A program made the position numbers and the translations under genes. Of a DNA stretch of 64,000 nt, positions 49,695-60,120 are shown one piece after another (position 1 is the first letter of the stretch; every line of letters starts with the position of its first letter). The notes beneath the pieces are model-generated. The model had not been told where the DNA came from and searched no databases. It worked only from the letters and a program-made list of their open reading frames with translations. This DNA comes from an uncultured virus (IMG/VR IMGVR_UViG_3300032011_003340) (lineage: Duplodnaviria > Heunggongvirae > Uroviricota > Caudoviricetes), in the IMG/VR virus record IMGVR_UViG_3300032011_003340; one strand, written 5' to 3'.

Positions 49695-51638
49695 TTAAAA
49701 TAAACTATAATTCAAAGTAATTATTGAATTAATTAATTTATCTGCTTCTCTTATGTAATAAGTAAAATCTACATTATATTTCTCTTGTTTTTCATATTTA
49801 TTGAACACTGTAACTTTATAACCTCTACCTGATTGTGGATGAGCTTCTATTTGAGATTCACTTCCATTATTGTATTTTTTAATAAAGTGAAATCCTTTTT
49901 TAGAAACGTAATAACGATTTGTTTTTTGTAATTGTTTTTCAAATATTTTTCCACCGTTAAGTCCTCTAATAATCATCTTAGGTTTTCCCTTTAAACCGCC
50001 AATAGTTTTTTTAGCCAAACAGTAGTCAAATATACCATAATTTTTAATTTTACCGTTATAATAATCCCCTGAATCAAAATGATTTAAAATAGTGTCTTTA
50101 ACAGCTATTCCATTTGTGAAATATAGACTTACAGCTAATGGAACTATGCGTTTAGAATGGTCTTTATGATATTGAAGCTCTCCTTTCATTTCTTTATCAA
50201 TTTCAAAAGCTCCTTTATATTTTACTTTACCGTTAGTATAAATAGCCATATAATTATTTACATCCCTTGATACTAATTTAGAATAATGAGAATCTTCTAA
50301 CTCTAATTTAGTTAATTCTTCCCACCATTTTACAATTTCATGCATTTCTTTTAATTTACTTTTATGAATCTTTATTACAATACCATCAGTATTAGCTTGT
50401 AATACAGTTGATATATTAGCAAATTTCTCAGCTAACATTGTTAATAGTAATTGTCCATTAATTGTAATAGACATAGTAAATTTTGGGTCATAAAGATAAC
50501 TATATTTATCATTAGATTTACCATAAGTACCATTTAAGGCAAGTTTAAGCCCAGCATCTGTTATTTTATCTCCACTTTTTTTAGCTGCTTTTCTTGTATT
50601 GTAAATTTCTTCATAAATTTCACAAAATATTTCTCCTAAATGTTCTGGATATATTTTATTCTTTATTGCAAGATTCGGATAATAGCTGGCGACGTCCCAA
50701 TCCCACAGTTCATATTCATCATTTGCTTCATATACTCCTGGTTTACAAGCTGCATGTAATCCACCAGTACCATATACATATTCAAGACCTTTATGATTAA
50801 TTGTAAGATTATCAAAAACACCTTTAGTTTCTATAATAATTTTATTTTTAAGAAAAATAAGAAGGTCTTTAAATTTTTTAGATTCAAATTTGATATAATC
50901 AAATATACATTCACTTAATTTAATTTCATCTCTATGTGTTCTTTGATTACGTAATTGATTCCATGTTATATTTTTTTTCTTACAAATAATTTTAGCAAAT
51001 ATTTCACTTCCAATTTTTGGATCATTAGCATTTAATAATTTTAAATTATAGCTTTTAGATATTTTTTTTCTTAGTTCTATTTTACCTTGACAATCTAAAT
51101 ATAATTGATAAGTAGCTAATACATCATTAAAATTATATTCCATCATACCTTCAACTTCTTCTTCTGTTAATTCATGATCATGTTCAAAAGGTAAGTCTTG
51201 AATATTATTCCATCTTAATGCAAATTCACACCATTTTAAACCACATCTTTTTGCCATATTATCAAAATGATTAATCTTATATAAATCAAGTTGTGGTATT
51301 CTGGTATTTTTATCAGATATATTACTATATTCTGCGGCTATGACTTTATTTGCAAATCCTTTTATTATACGTGCTTTTTCTTCACCCGATTTATTTTTAA
51401 ACAAATAAGGTTTAATTAATATTCGATGAATGACAGGATAGTCAAATCCAATATTATTGAATCCAACCATCCCTTTAATTTCATCACTTGTTGTAAATTT
51501 TACAAATTCATCTAGTTCATCTTTCCATTTACAAACAACAAAATCACGTCTTTCTAAGGTATCTACATTATAATAAATACAAGAAAATACATTACCAAAA
51601 GTTTCAATATCATATACCCAAACTTTTCTATTGTGCAC
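49695..51638 (-). CDS. Family B DNA polymerase (crAss-like)
   Basis: Exonuclease motifs YDIET, GFNNIGFD, YNFNDV; polymerase motifs DVASYYPN, KLALNGTYGK, QANTDG, DVNNY. Confidence 0.93.
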   Translation of the reverse strand: MHNRKVWVYDIETFGNVFSCIYYNVDTLERRDFVVCKWKDELDEFVKFTTSDEIKGMVGFNNIGFDYPVIHRILIKPYLFKNKSGEEKARIIKGFANKVIAAEYSNISDKNTRIPQLDLYKINHFDNMAKRCGLKWCEFALRWNNIQDLPFEHDHELTEEEVEGMMEYNFNDVLATYQLYLDCQGKIELRKKISKSYNLKLLNANDPKIGSEIFAKIICKKKNITWNQLRNQRTHRDEIKLSECIFDYIKFESKKFKDLLIFLKNKIIIETKGVFDNLTINHKGLEYVYGTGGLHAACKPGVYEANDEYELWDWDVASYYPNLAIKNKIYPEHLGEIFCEIYEEIYNTRKAAKKSGDKITDAGLKLALNGTYGKSNDKYSYLYDPKFTMSITINGQLLLTMLAEKFANISTVLQANTDGIVIKIHKSKLKEMHEIVKWWEELTKLELEDSHYSKLVSRDVNNYMAIYTNGKVKYKGAFEIDKEMKGELQYHKDHSKRIVPLAVSLYFTNGIAVKDTILNHFDSGDYYNGKIKNYGIFDYCLAKKTIGGLKGKPKMIIRGLNGGKIFEKQLQKTNRYYVSKKGFHFIKKYNNGSESQIEAHPQSGRGYKVTVFNKYEKQEKYNVDFTYYIREADKLINSIITLNYSLF

Positions 51639-52050
51639 TACGTGTTCTTTTTACACCATCTGCACCTGTAATGCTAATTACATTTCTAACATCTACACTT
51701 TTCCAATTGTTATCATCATCTTGGAACAATAAATAACCTGATTCATTACGATAATCAGTTGCTCTTTTGTAATATTCTACTTTTAGTCCACCCTTGTGAT
51801 GATTTAAAGCATGAGCAATAACTTTTTTATGTTTCCCTTTAGAAAAATCACTTACCGACATTTTATTAAGTTGCTTCATTGCTTTAAGTGTTAACTTACG
51901 CTCATCATCAACACTAGGTATTTTATTATACTCAATTTTAATATAATCACCTACATTTAACTGTTTAACAGTATTAAACAATTCTTTTTGAGTTACACCA
52001 TACATGGTTGTGTGAACATTAGTAAAATTTACTTTAGTCTTTTTTTTCAT
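51628..52050 (-). CDS. Hypothetical protein
   Basis: 140-aa ORF overlapping the polymerase start. Confidence 0.7.
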   Translation of the reverse strand: MKKKTKVNFTNVHTTMYGVTQKELFNTVKQLNVGDYIKIEYNKIPSVDDERKLTLKAMKQLNKMSVSDFSKGKHKKVIAHALNHHKGGLKVEYYKRATDYRNESGYLLFQDDDNNWKSVDVRNVISITGADGVKRTRSAQ

Positions 52051-52831
52051 TACTTTTTTTATTTAATTTAGTTAATATAAGATCCTCCATTTCACTGTCA
52101 TCAATGAAAGTAGATTCATTTTTTTCTCTTTCTTTCTCTTTCTTTTTATTGTATTTCTTAATATCCAATATTCTATCATATTGTCTAGATGACATTCCAT
52201 CATAAGTAGTATGCTCTACTAATTCAGATCTTCGCATACTTTCTGTTGGATTAACACATTTTAATATTCTTATTTTACGTATTGTAGTCCAATCTACTTT
52301 CCAACCTGTTTGGTCTTCAATAAATTTAACCTTCCATTTTTCATAAGAAAATATACTATGTTGCCATTTTTGTCTATCTTGTTGAACAAATCTAATTATA
52401 TAATAATCATCAAATTCTCTTAATAATGTACCTATTTTTTGTATTGAATCGTTATGTTTTTTACGATATTTTTTAAGTACTTTTTTCATCTTAAGAAAAT
52501 CATCTATATTATCTTTTCTCTGTTTAATTAATTCATTATATAAACGTCTACAATATCTTGTTGGTTTTTTAGAAGTTACACCTTTAAAGAAAATAATAAT
52601 TCTATTATATTTATTTATTATAATATTATCTTTTTCGTTATACTCTTTTTTATCTTTAGGTTCCACTTTTTCATTGTGTAAATAAAATGAATCTCCATCA
52701 CTTACTTTTTCAAGTAAAATAGCTTTACCTTCATATTTTATTTCTTCTTGATAATTAGTATAAATATCTATAATAGAATTCTTTTTTAATTCAATATTTA
52801 TTTTTACTTCTTTTCCTTCATTTTTCTCCAT
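52034..52831 (-). CDS. Hypothetical protein
   Basis: 265-aa ORF in a tight operon. Confidence 0.7.
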   Translation of the reverse strand: MEKNEGKEVKINIELKKNSIIDIYTNYQEEIKYEGKAILLEKVSDGDSFYLHNEKVEPKDKKEYNEKDNIIINKYNRIIIFFKGVTSKKPTRYCRRLYNELIKQRKDNIDDFLKMKKVLKKYRKKHNDSIQKIGTLLREFDDYYIIRFVQQDRQKWQHSIFSYEKWKVKFIEDQTGWKVDWTTIRKIRILKCVNPTESMRRSELVEHTTYDGMSSRQYDRILDIKKYNKKKEKEREKNESTFIDDSEMEDLILTKLNKKSNEKKD

Positions 52832-53301
52832 GTTTTTTTATCGTCCATGTTTGAAAAGAAAAGCATTGATGAATTACATTGTTTTAACCATTTATTTATT
52901 AGAACTGAACCCCATTTTTTATAAAAATTAATATCTAATAAATGTTGTCCTAATACACGCGCAGTCTTTTTATTAATATTGTTAAATACTTTTTCATTTA
53001 TCATTGCACATATTAATGCATCTAATGCACTATCACTCATAGTTTTAATTACATTATTATAACTACCCATATTACCTTTAACATGAAGAGGATATTTAAT
53101 GACTATACTGTTGGCAAGACACTCTTGTCCTTTTACAGTTAGCATTAATTCATCTTTAGTATTAGGTTTATATTGGATTAAATATAATTTCATTAAACTA
53201 TCAACTTGGTTATTCCAATTCTTATGTAATTCATCATCTCTACCTGTTCTAATTAATAAAAGACAGGCTTGCTGCAAATCTGTTAATTTATAATTATTCA
53301 T
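52804..53301 (-). CDS. Hypothetical protein (possible winged-helix N-terminus)
   Basis: 165-aa ORF; L..L.LI......LTVKG pattern. Confidence 0.6.
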   Translation of the reverse strand: MNNYKLTDLQQACLLLIRTGRDDELHKNWNNQVDSLMKLYLIQYKPNTKDELMLTVKGQECLANSIVIKYPLHVKGNMGSYNNVIKTMSDSALDALICAMINEKVFNNINKKTARVLGQHLLDINFYKKWGSVLINKWLKQCNSSMLFFSNMDDKKTWRKMKEKK

Positions 53302-54026
53302 TTTATTAGTTTAGTTAATTCCGGTGATAATATTAATCTATTATTATTAGTCATCCACTTTAGATATCTATTTTCATTTTTGATTAATTCATCAATAGTT
53401 TTACCTGTATGTTTACCGGTTTTCATTTTAAAATTAGGATTTGAAATAGTAGAACCTCTTAAGTCTTCATAAGTTAATATATAATCCCTCCAAGGTAAAC
53501 CAAATTTCTCCATTTCATCAAGTATTTCAACACATGCTAAAACATCGTATTTTGCCTTGTGAGCATCTAATGTCTTACCTGTTATAAGTTTATATACATT
53601 CTCTAAAGAACGGCTAGGAATCTTATTTAAATCCTCTTCTTCTATTACATTCTTTATAATATAGAATACATCAACAAATTTAATATTTTTTATATCAAAA
53701 TTGACATTATTACGTTGATACAATGATATTAATAATGGAACATCATATCTACATATATTATATCCACCAATATATTCACTTAAAGAGAAAGTTTCTTTAA
53801 CAGATGTTGATATATCTTTAAATGTTGGCTTATCCTTAATATGTTTTTTATATATACCATGTACTTCAGAAGCTTCTTTTGGTATATCTATTTCTGGATT
53901 AATTAAAGTATCTATTTCACGTTTTAATTTATAATTAATGGCATATATTGACACTAATCCAATAGTATTAATATTTAATCCTGTAGTTTCTAAATCAAAC
54001 CATGTTATATTATGTTTCTTTTTCAT
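53298..54026 (-). CDS. DEDDh 3'-5' exonuclease (DnaQ/ExoX-like) with a small C-terminal GKH.G domain
   Basis: FDLETTG, INP..IP..AS.VHGI, GYNI.RYD, HKAKYDV; C-terminal MKTGKHTGKTI.EL...YLKWM. Confidence 0.88.
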   Translation of the reverse strand: MKKKHNITWFDLETTGLNINTIGLVSIYAINYKLKREIDTLINPEIDIPKEASEVHGIYKKHIKDKPTFKDISTSVKETFSLSEYIGGYNICRYDVPLLISLYQRNNVNFDIKNIKFVDVFYIIKNVIEEEDLNKIPSRSLENVYKLITGKTLDAHKAKYDVLACVEILDEMEKFGLPWRDYILTYEDLRGSTISNPNFKMKTGKHTGKTIDELIKNENRYLKWMTNNNRLILSPELTKLIK

Positions 54027-54704
54027 TTATCTTATATTAAATTCTTTATTATTATAATTTTTTGCTGGTATTTTAACCATAATGTTATTATTATCTAAAT
54101 ATAAATCAGCATTACCAAATCCACTAATAAAACTATCACATGCTTCTAAGTTAGTAATATTTTTATTAAAATTCTCATTTTGAATATTATATTTAAATAA
54201 TTCATTTCTTACATATTTGTAAGCAGCTGCTAAATTTTTAAATCTATAAATTCTACTTGTCATATCAGGATCAGTACTTCCTTGAAAACTATAACATACT
54301 GTATCCCCTATTTCAGTACCATCATCTTTTATGTATTTACAGTTTAAAAACTTAACTTCATTGTCTTCATTTGCAATTACATGACCTTGATGTCCATTTA
54401 AAAATGTTTTATCCTCTTTTAATAATAATCTCAATTCATAAACACAATGTTGTTTTTTTCTAAATGTTTGCAATTGTGCTCTACTTGTTGTTTGTTCTTT
54501 TTTTAAAGATAATACATGTGTTGTATTACGTTTATCCCATATTAACTTTAACTCTGTATTAAAATCAGGTTTAGCTCCAGGCTTTAATGAACCTGGAACT
54601 ATCTGTAAATAATTTTCAAGAGTTAACCTAACATTAGCTTCATCGTAACCTTCAGCGTAATATCTTTTTTCATTGTGTTGATACCTATAAATTTTCGGTC
54701 TCAT
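54027..54704 (-). CDS. Hypothetical protein
   Basis: 225-aa ORF abutting the exonuclease gene. Confidence 0.7.
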   Translation of the reverse strand: MRPKIYRYQHNEKRYYAEGYDEANVRLTLENYLQIVPGSLKPGAKPDFNTELKLIWDKRNTTHVLSLKKEQTTSRAQLQTFRKKQHCVYELRLLLKEDKTFLNGHQGHVIANEDNEVKFLNCKYIKDDGTEIGDTVCYSFQGSTDPDMTSRIYRFKNLAAAYKYVRNELFKYNIQNENFNKNITNLEACDSFISGFGNADLYLDNNNIMVKIPAKNYNNKEFNIR

Positions 54705-54730
54705 ATCTATTAAAATGTTTAATTAAAAAT

Positions 54731-54745
54731 AGCAGAATATCTGCT
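54731..54745 (-). terminator. Short intergenic hairpin
   Basis: AGCAGA-ata-TCTGCT followed by ATTTTTAA on the minus strand. Confidence 0.5.
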
Positions 54746-54787
54746 TTATACTTATTCAATTTGTATATTTTAACTAATGGTTTAATA

Positions 54788-56179
54788 TTAAAAAGCTAAG
54801 TCAAAAATACAAGTAGCATTCATAAATATATAAGAATTTCCTGAATGACCAAATTTTTTGTTTGATTTTTCATATAATTTTTCAGATACATCCCGATTTA
54901 TAAATGATACTATATCATATTTTATTTGACGTTTACGTTCAGAATGTCTATTTAAAGCTAAAATTGTATCTTCAGGTAATTTTACATGCATGCTAAAATC
55001 TTTCACGTTAAAAATAATAACGTTTCTTTTATAATATATTTTAATATAGCAAGATTTCCTAAAGAAATTAGCATTTGTATAAGCTTCATTGAATGCATCT
55101 ATTACTTTCTTATTGTTATCCAATAACTCCCATGTAAATTTAAAAGAAGGTTTAAATAAACTATTTATTAATTTTTTATAACCGTTAATATTACAACATA
55201 AATTTCTTTTAAAATTTTTATTTATTTTTTCTCTTTTATCTTTTAAGCTATTAAATAAATATTTTTCTATTTTTTTAGGAGCTATTAACTTTGTTTTTTT
55301 ATTAGCATTAAATAAATCAACTATTTGATGTACAGGCGTATAATTTTCTTTGTAAATACGTACGGAAGGGTATCTTGTCATGTAATAAAGAATTATAATT
55401 TCCTTTAAACTTAAATCTTTAAAATCTAAATTATTTTTTTTATTAAAAGTACTTCTATATACATTATTAGTAAAATCTTCTTTATTTGCAACCATTCTAT
55501 TAGAATACTTTAATACCTCATTAAAATCTTCCTTATAAAGAAAATGATGTAAAGAAATTAAATTATTTATTGAATATAATTTTCCTTTATTTTCAGGATC
55601 AATATGTTTTATTATAGCTTCAGGACTTTTAAAATTTTTAAATTTTGTTGGTAAACAAGTAAGCTCATCAAATTTTATAACTTCAGGATATAATTCAGTA
55701 AGTAAACAATTATCATATTTAAAATTATTATAAAATTTTAGAACTGTGTTAATACTAAGTTTATATATGATATTATTTATAGTAGTATAACAACCTTTTT
55801 CAGTTAAAGAAAATAAATGATTTTTATGTTTAGTATATATTAATTTATGATCTTTATTATGTCTAAGTTCTAAAGAATTAACTCTAACTTGTACTTTATT
55901 AGTATCCTTCCAATATTTTATTACTAATGTATTCTTACTACATGGGTTATTAAACCACCCACACTTATTACTAATTGATAAAAATTCAAATTCTTTATTT
56001 TTTAAAAACTGAGCAAGATTAATATACCAATATTTACTTTTCATTGAAATAAGTTCAACATAATAGTTATCGGTTTCATCTATTATAATATCATATTCAT
56101 AATCATAATCTTTATAATATTTTTTAAAATTTTTCTTAATTAATTTTAATGTTTTTGGTATTTTATTTATTGTTTTCAT
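54788..56179 (-). CDS. Hypothetical protein (Lys/Asn/Tyr-rich)
   Basis: 463-aa ORF with no recognised motif. Confidence 0.7.
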   Translation of the reverse strand: MKTINKIPKTLKLIKKNFKKYYKDYDYEYDIIIDETDNYYVELISMKSKYWYINLAQFLKNKEFEFLSISNKCGWFNNPCSKNTLVIKYWKDTNKVQVRVNSLELRHNKDHKLIYTKHKNHLFSLTEKGCYTTINNIIYKLSINTVLKFYNNFKYDNCLLTELYPEVIKFDELTCLPTKFKNFKSPEAIIKHIDPENKGKLYSINNLISLHHFLYKEDFNEVLKYSNRMVANKEDFTNNVYRSTFNKKNNLDFKDLSLKEIIILYYMTRYPSVRIYKENYTPVHQIVDLFNANKKTKLIAPKKIEKYLFNSLKDKREKINKNFKRNLCCNINGYKKLINSLFKPSFKFTWELLDNNKKVIDAFNEAYTNANFFRKSCYIKIYYKRNVIIFNVKDFSMHVKLPEDTILALNRHSERKRQIKYDIVSFINRDVSEKLYEKSNKKFGHSGNSYIFMNATCIFDLAF

Positions 56180-56528
56180 TATTAGTTTGTTTATATTCTG
56201 CTAGAAAATAAATATAATCATCATCAGTAGGTTCTATATATCCTTTATTTTTAGGTTTAACTCTATAACTTAATGTTAAACCTACAATAGTGGTATTATT
56301 ATTAATATAAGTTATATCTCTATTTACATTTACATCAATATCTGTTAATTTTTTAATTAATTTTCCAACTGATTCATAACCAATACTTGAATTAATTATT
56401 TTTGCATTTTTTATAATTTCGATGAATTGATTTTTTGAAATTGTTTTTTTATTATATAATCCATCACTTGGCATATTAGCAGAATTTAATAATGTGATTT
56501 CATCATATTTGTTTTTCATATAGTTCAT
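56163..56528 (-). CDS. DUF1874 (STIV B116-like) viral protein
   Basis: LLNSANMP.DG.Y..KTIS...SSIGYES...I..L..I.V.VNR...L..R. Confidence 0.7.
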   Translation of the reverse strand: MNYMKNKYDEITLLNSANMPSDGLYNKKTISKNQFIEIIKNAKIINSSIGYESVGKLIKKLTDIDVNVNRDITYINNNTTIVGLTLSYRVKPKNKGYIEPTDDDYIYFLAEYKQTNNENNK

Positions 56529-56841
56529 GTAGTTTTTTCATAAAATCATCAGTATCTTTCTGGTGATTATCAACTTGTCCTTTTAATAGTTGTTCTGTTA
56601 ATAAATAATCATGTTCCTTTAAACGACTTAATTTTATAATATCAGTTTCATTTTTCTTATTAACAAATAATATATCTTTATTTTTAACTAATTCTTTCCA
56701 AGAATTTAATAAATCACCAAGAATTAATAATTCGGCTCCTGGTTTAATAAAAAAACAACCATCTACATAAACAATCCAATGATTATTTAATAAATTCTTT
56801 AAATCTTTTGATTCTTTTATTTTTTTCATTTTCATTTTCAA
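56503..56841 (-). CDS. Hypothetical protein
   Basis: 112-aa ORF in a tight operon. Confidence 0.6.
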   Translation of the reverse strand: MKMKMKKIKESKDLKNLLNNHWIVYVDGCFFIKPGAELLILGDLLNSWKELVKNKDILFVNKKNETDIIKLSRLKEHDYLLTEQLLKGQVDNHQKDTDDFMKKLHELYEKQI

Positions 56842-57130
56842 ATTCTTTAATTGTATTAAGCATTGATTTAACTAATTCTTTATTATCAGTTTCTATTAAT
56901 TGTGTAATTTTTTTAAATAAATCCTCATCATCTATATATATTATATCATCTTCATTTAATAATATTGCGTTTAACACTTCTAATCCTAGACAATATAAAT
57001 TTTTAGCTTTATTAGCAATAATCATTAATTCAATATAATAATTAGGAATTATTATTAAATCAGTTGCCCATGAATTAAAACCGCTAATATCAAGTATAAA
57101 TCCTTTATACTTATCTAATTTGTTTTTCAT
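56783..57130 (-). CDS. Hypothetical protein
   Basis: 115-aa ORF in a tight operon. Confidence 0.6.
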   Translation of the reverse strand: MKNKLDKYKGFILDISGFNSWATDLIIIPNYYIELMIIANKAKNLYCLGLEVLNAILLNEDDIIYIDDEDLFKKITQLIETDNKELVKSMLNTIKEFENENEKNKRIKRFKEFIK

Positions 57131-57145
57131 TTTATTTTATTTAAA

Positions 57146-57175
57146 ATAATGGGTAGAAATTAATCTACCCATTAT
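57146..57175 (-). terminator. Intergenic hairpin, terminator-like
   Basis: Perfect 12-bp stem ATAATGGGTAGA-aattaa-TCTACCCATTAT after the ATPase gene. Confidence 0.75.
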
Positions 57176-57197
57176 AAAATAATTATGTGAATGTATT

Positions 57198-58430
57198 TTA
57201 CATTCTATTTAATAACAATTTACCGATTTCAGGATCAGCCATAATTCTTTTTAATTTTCCTTGAATTAATTCTTGAGCCATATTTAATCTAATATCATTA
57301 GGAATTGATTTGATATTAATATAAGCTTTAAGATTTTTCTCTTGTAATTTAGTTAATTTACCTTTTAGAGTATCAGTACAATAAAAGATAATACGTGTAC
57401 TTAATACTGATAATACATCAACTCTTGGTGCAGCACCTTTAGAAAACTTTTCAATAAACCCTTTTTCAATTGTCTTCTCAAAGTCTTTAGCTTCAAGTAT
57501 TTCTTTAGGACTTTTCAATGTAGTAAGATTATCATTTATAAATGTTGTAAATACAACTGCAGCATTAGGATCAAGATTACCATTACTAAGAACCATTACC
57601 ATATCTATATTTTCTTTTAGATTTTTAATGTTTCTAATATTATTAGCAAAGTATTCAATTGATCTTGGTGTAGTTAATTCTCCATCTCTTATTAATTCAG
57701 GGTGAGCTAATACAAAATTAACCACTCTTTCATCAATATCATTAGATAATGCCCATTTAGCCCAAGCTTTTTCTTCAAATTCCATTGAAATATGAGTCAT
57801 ACGAGTCATTTGAGCACCGTCTAATTCTGTTACTTGATAATCTCCTCCTCCGGGATTAGCAGTAAGCATAATACTCCATCCTTCAGGTAATTTCCAAGTA
57901 GCAAGTCCACCATTTTGCAATAAATCCATAATACCATTAATGATACGTTTACCCGCTCTATTAAAATCATCAATTACAAATATTCCTTTTTCAGGAGCTC
58001 CTATATCTACATTTGGAACCCATGGTGGTGCAGCTGTAATTGTTTGACTTGGACGTGAATTATCTTTAGACCAACCTGCATTAATATATGAATCAACATT
58101 ATCTTTATCAACTAATTTTGTTTGATCATCTTTAATTACCCAAATACCTGTACTTGGCATACCTAATAAATCACCCATTTCTTCAAATTGAGCAGGAGAT
58201 ATTTTTTCAAATCCAATTCCTAAGTTTTCGGCAAGTTGTTCTGGTAATGCTGTTTTACCAATACCATGTTTACCCCAAATACAAATAGGAACTTTTTTGC
58301 CTTGATCATTTCTTTCAACTGTTGTTAAATTAGAATTATAAATATGCTCTAAAAAGAACATAATTCTATCTGCAGTTAACATTGTTCCGTGGTACTCGTA
58401 AGCGATTGATTTACCTTGTTTTTTTGACAT
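57198..58430 (-). CDS. MoxR-like AAA+ ATPase
   Basis: IWGKHGIGKT (Walker A), GDLLGMP, PPW, IDDFNRA (Walker B), TANP, LDGAQ.TR, TPRS. Confidence 0.88.
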   Translation of the reverse strand: MSKKQGKSIAYEYHGTMLTADRIMFFLEHIYNSNLTTVERNDQGKKVPICIWGKHGIGKTALPEQLAENLGIGFEKISPAQFEEMGDLLGMPSTGIWVIKDDQTKLVDKDNVDSYINAGWSKDNSRPSQTITAAPPWVPNVDIGAPEKGIFVIDDFNRAGKRIINGIMDLLQNGGLATWKLPEGWSIMLTANPGGGDYQVTELDGAQMTRMTHISMEFEEKAWAKWALSNDIDERVVNFVLAHPELIRDGELTTPRSIEYFANNIRNIKNLKENIDMVMVLSNGNLDPNAAVVFTTFINDNLTTLKSPKEILEAKDFEKTIEKGFIEKFSKGAAPRVDVLSVLSTRIIFYCTDTLKGKLTKLQEKNLKAYINIKSIPNDIRLNMAQELIQGKLKRIMADPEIGKLLLNRM

Positions 58431-58463
58431 TTTTTTATTATTTTTATTGTTATTAAATTGTTA

Positions 58464-59927
58464 TTAAAAATTCATTTTAACCTTCATTCCTTGAAAATCT
58501 TTCATATCTTCAACTTCTACTCCTTGATTTTTGGAAATTATCCACATTAAAGGACATTTACATTTTGGTGGAGGCGGAGCTTCTCCATCAGTAAAATAAA
58601 TTACACAATCAGGATTATACTCTGTATTTGCGTAAATAATTGGTTCATCAAAACTTGTACCGCCTCTTCCTGATATTCTATCAGGTGGTGTACCAGTATA
58701 ATCCCATACATTACCAATATTATAATCACATTCTACTATCCTAATTTCAACATCAGTTTTATATATATGATGAATTTCACTAAAGAATTCAGCTAATGAA
58801 GCATTATCTACAGATCCTGAAGTATCAATTGCAACCATTATTCTTGATTCTTTTTTAATTTTATGTCCAGGAAAAGTACCATATCTTTTACTTCTTCTTT
58901 TTAATGTCGGTATAAGATACGTTTTTTCTCCATTTGCTGCAAATTTTCTTAATTGTCTTTTCCAATTTACACTTGGCTTTAATTTAGCAATTAATTCATC
59001 AATATAGTCTAATAGTTCTCCCGGTAATTTACCTCTCCAACTATTTTTACAAGTACTTCTATCACATTTCTTAACAGTCTCTTGTACAGTATTGTCAACC
59101 CACTTCTCAACAAATTCTTTTTTACCTTGCTTCAATTTGGAAAGTTTATCCCACGTTGAATGCATTTTTTGATTGTTTTCATTCTGTAAGAATTTAGCAA
59201 GATTTTTTTGAGATTTATTCAATTTATCCCAATTTGGATTATTATTCCCTTGTTGGTTATTTTGTTTTTCTTCTTGTTCTTCTTGTTCTTCTTGTTCTTC
59301 TTGACTTTGTTGATCTTGTTGGCTATCTCCCGGTGAACTTTGTTGTTGTCCCTCTGAACCTGCACCTGAACCGCCATTAGACTGTTCTTGTTGTTCAGAA
59401 CCTTCTTTTAAAATATTTCTAATTTTATCAGATTCTTTAATTAATTTATTATAATAATATTCAGATGTTTGATGACAATCTTTTCCTCCAGGTTGAATAT
59501 CAGGAAAAAAATCAGGAAAGTTTTTTAACAAACAAATTTCATCTTTCATTGGTAGTTGTTCTTCTTTAATACATTGATTAACTACTAAATCTACTGCAAT
59601 ATTTGCTATTTGTTTATTACTAAATTTATTATATTGAAAAATGTGTTTAAATAAGATATGTAATATTTCATGCTTAACAATACCATATTTATAATTTTCT
59701 GCCTCTATTACATTACTAACATTTAATTTTTCATTCCAAAATGTTTTATTAACTAATAGAGATAATACATTATTAGATGTCAAACTGATTGCTGCTGTTT
59801 GAACAGGATGCTCTCCGTCTACACATTCTCTAATTAGATTAGAGAAAAAGTGACCATAGAATGGTTCTTTTAAAATAAGTTGAATGGATGTTCTGTCAAC
59901 ATCTCTCAGTACTTCTTGTTGTGTCAT
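58464..59927 (-). CDS. vWA-domain protein with N-terminal HExxH metallopeptidase (DUF2201-like)
   Basis: PFYG, HEILH, NIAVD..VNQ, Q/E/G-rich linker, MIDAS motif DTSGS, GRGGTSF, FTDG. Confidence 0.88.
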   Translation of the reverse strand: MTQQEVLRDVDRTSIQLILKEPFYGHFFSNLIRECVDGEHPVQTAAISLTSNNVLSLLVNKTFWNEKLNVSNVIEAENYKYGIVKHEILHILFKHIFQYNKFSNKQIANIAVDLVVNQCIKEEQLPMKDEICLLKNFPDFFPDIQPGGKDCHQTSEYYYNKLIKESDKIRNILKEGSEQQEQSNGGSGAGSEGQQQSSPGDSQQDQQSQEEQEEQEEQEEKQNNQQGNNNPNWDKLNKSQKNLAKFLQNENNQKMHSTWDKLSKLKQGKKEFVEKWVDNTVQETVKKCDRSTCKNSWRGKLPGELLDYIDELIAKLKPSVNWKRQLRKFAANGEKTYLIPTLKRRSKRYGTFPGHKIKKESRIMVAIDTSGSVDNASLAEFFSEIHHIYKTDVEIRIVECDYNIGNVWDYTGTPPDRISGRGGTSFDEPIIYANTEYNPDCVIYFTDGEAPPPPKCKCPLMWIISKNQGVEVEDMKDFQGMKVKMNF

Positions 59928-60093
59928 AATTTTTTATTTTTATATTAAGTTTTATTTTTTCATTAATTTTTAATACTCTAAACGGTTTAGAATTAAATCC
60001 TATTAACGGCTCTATTCTATTTGATGATATATTATATTGTAAATTTTTATTTCTATCACATAAATAAAACGGAGGTAAGAAAAATTGATTCAT
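59896..60093 (-). CDS. Small hypothetical protein
   Basis: 65-aa ORF filling a gap and overlapping the vWA start. Confidence 0.45.
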   Translation of the reverse strand: MNQFFLPPFYLCDRNKNLQYNISSNRIEPLIGFNSKPFRVLKINEKIKLNIKIKNYDTTRSTERC

Positions 60094-60120
60094 AATTTTT
60101 TATTTTTACTATTTAATATT

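Noticed and set aside
41482..51638. Inteins or introns in RNR, primase, helicase or DNA polymerase
   Set aside because: All have normal lengths with contiguous motifs and no splice-junction signatures.
59270..59302. 9-bp tandem repeat (EEQ)n in the vWA gene, and the Thr-run repeat near 3885-3915
   Set aside because: These are ordinary low-complexity coding linkers.
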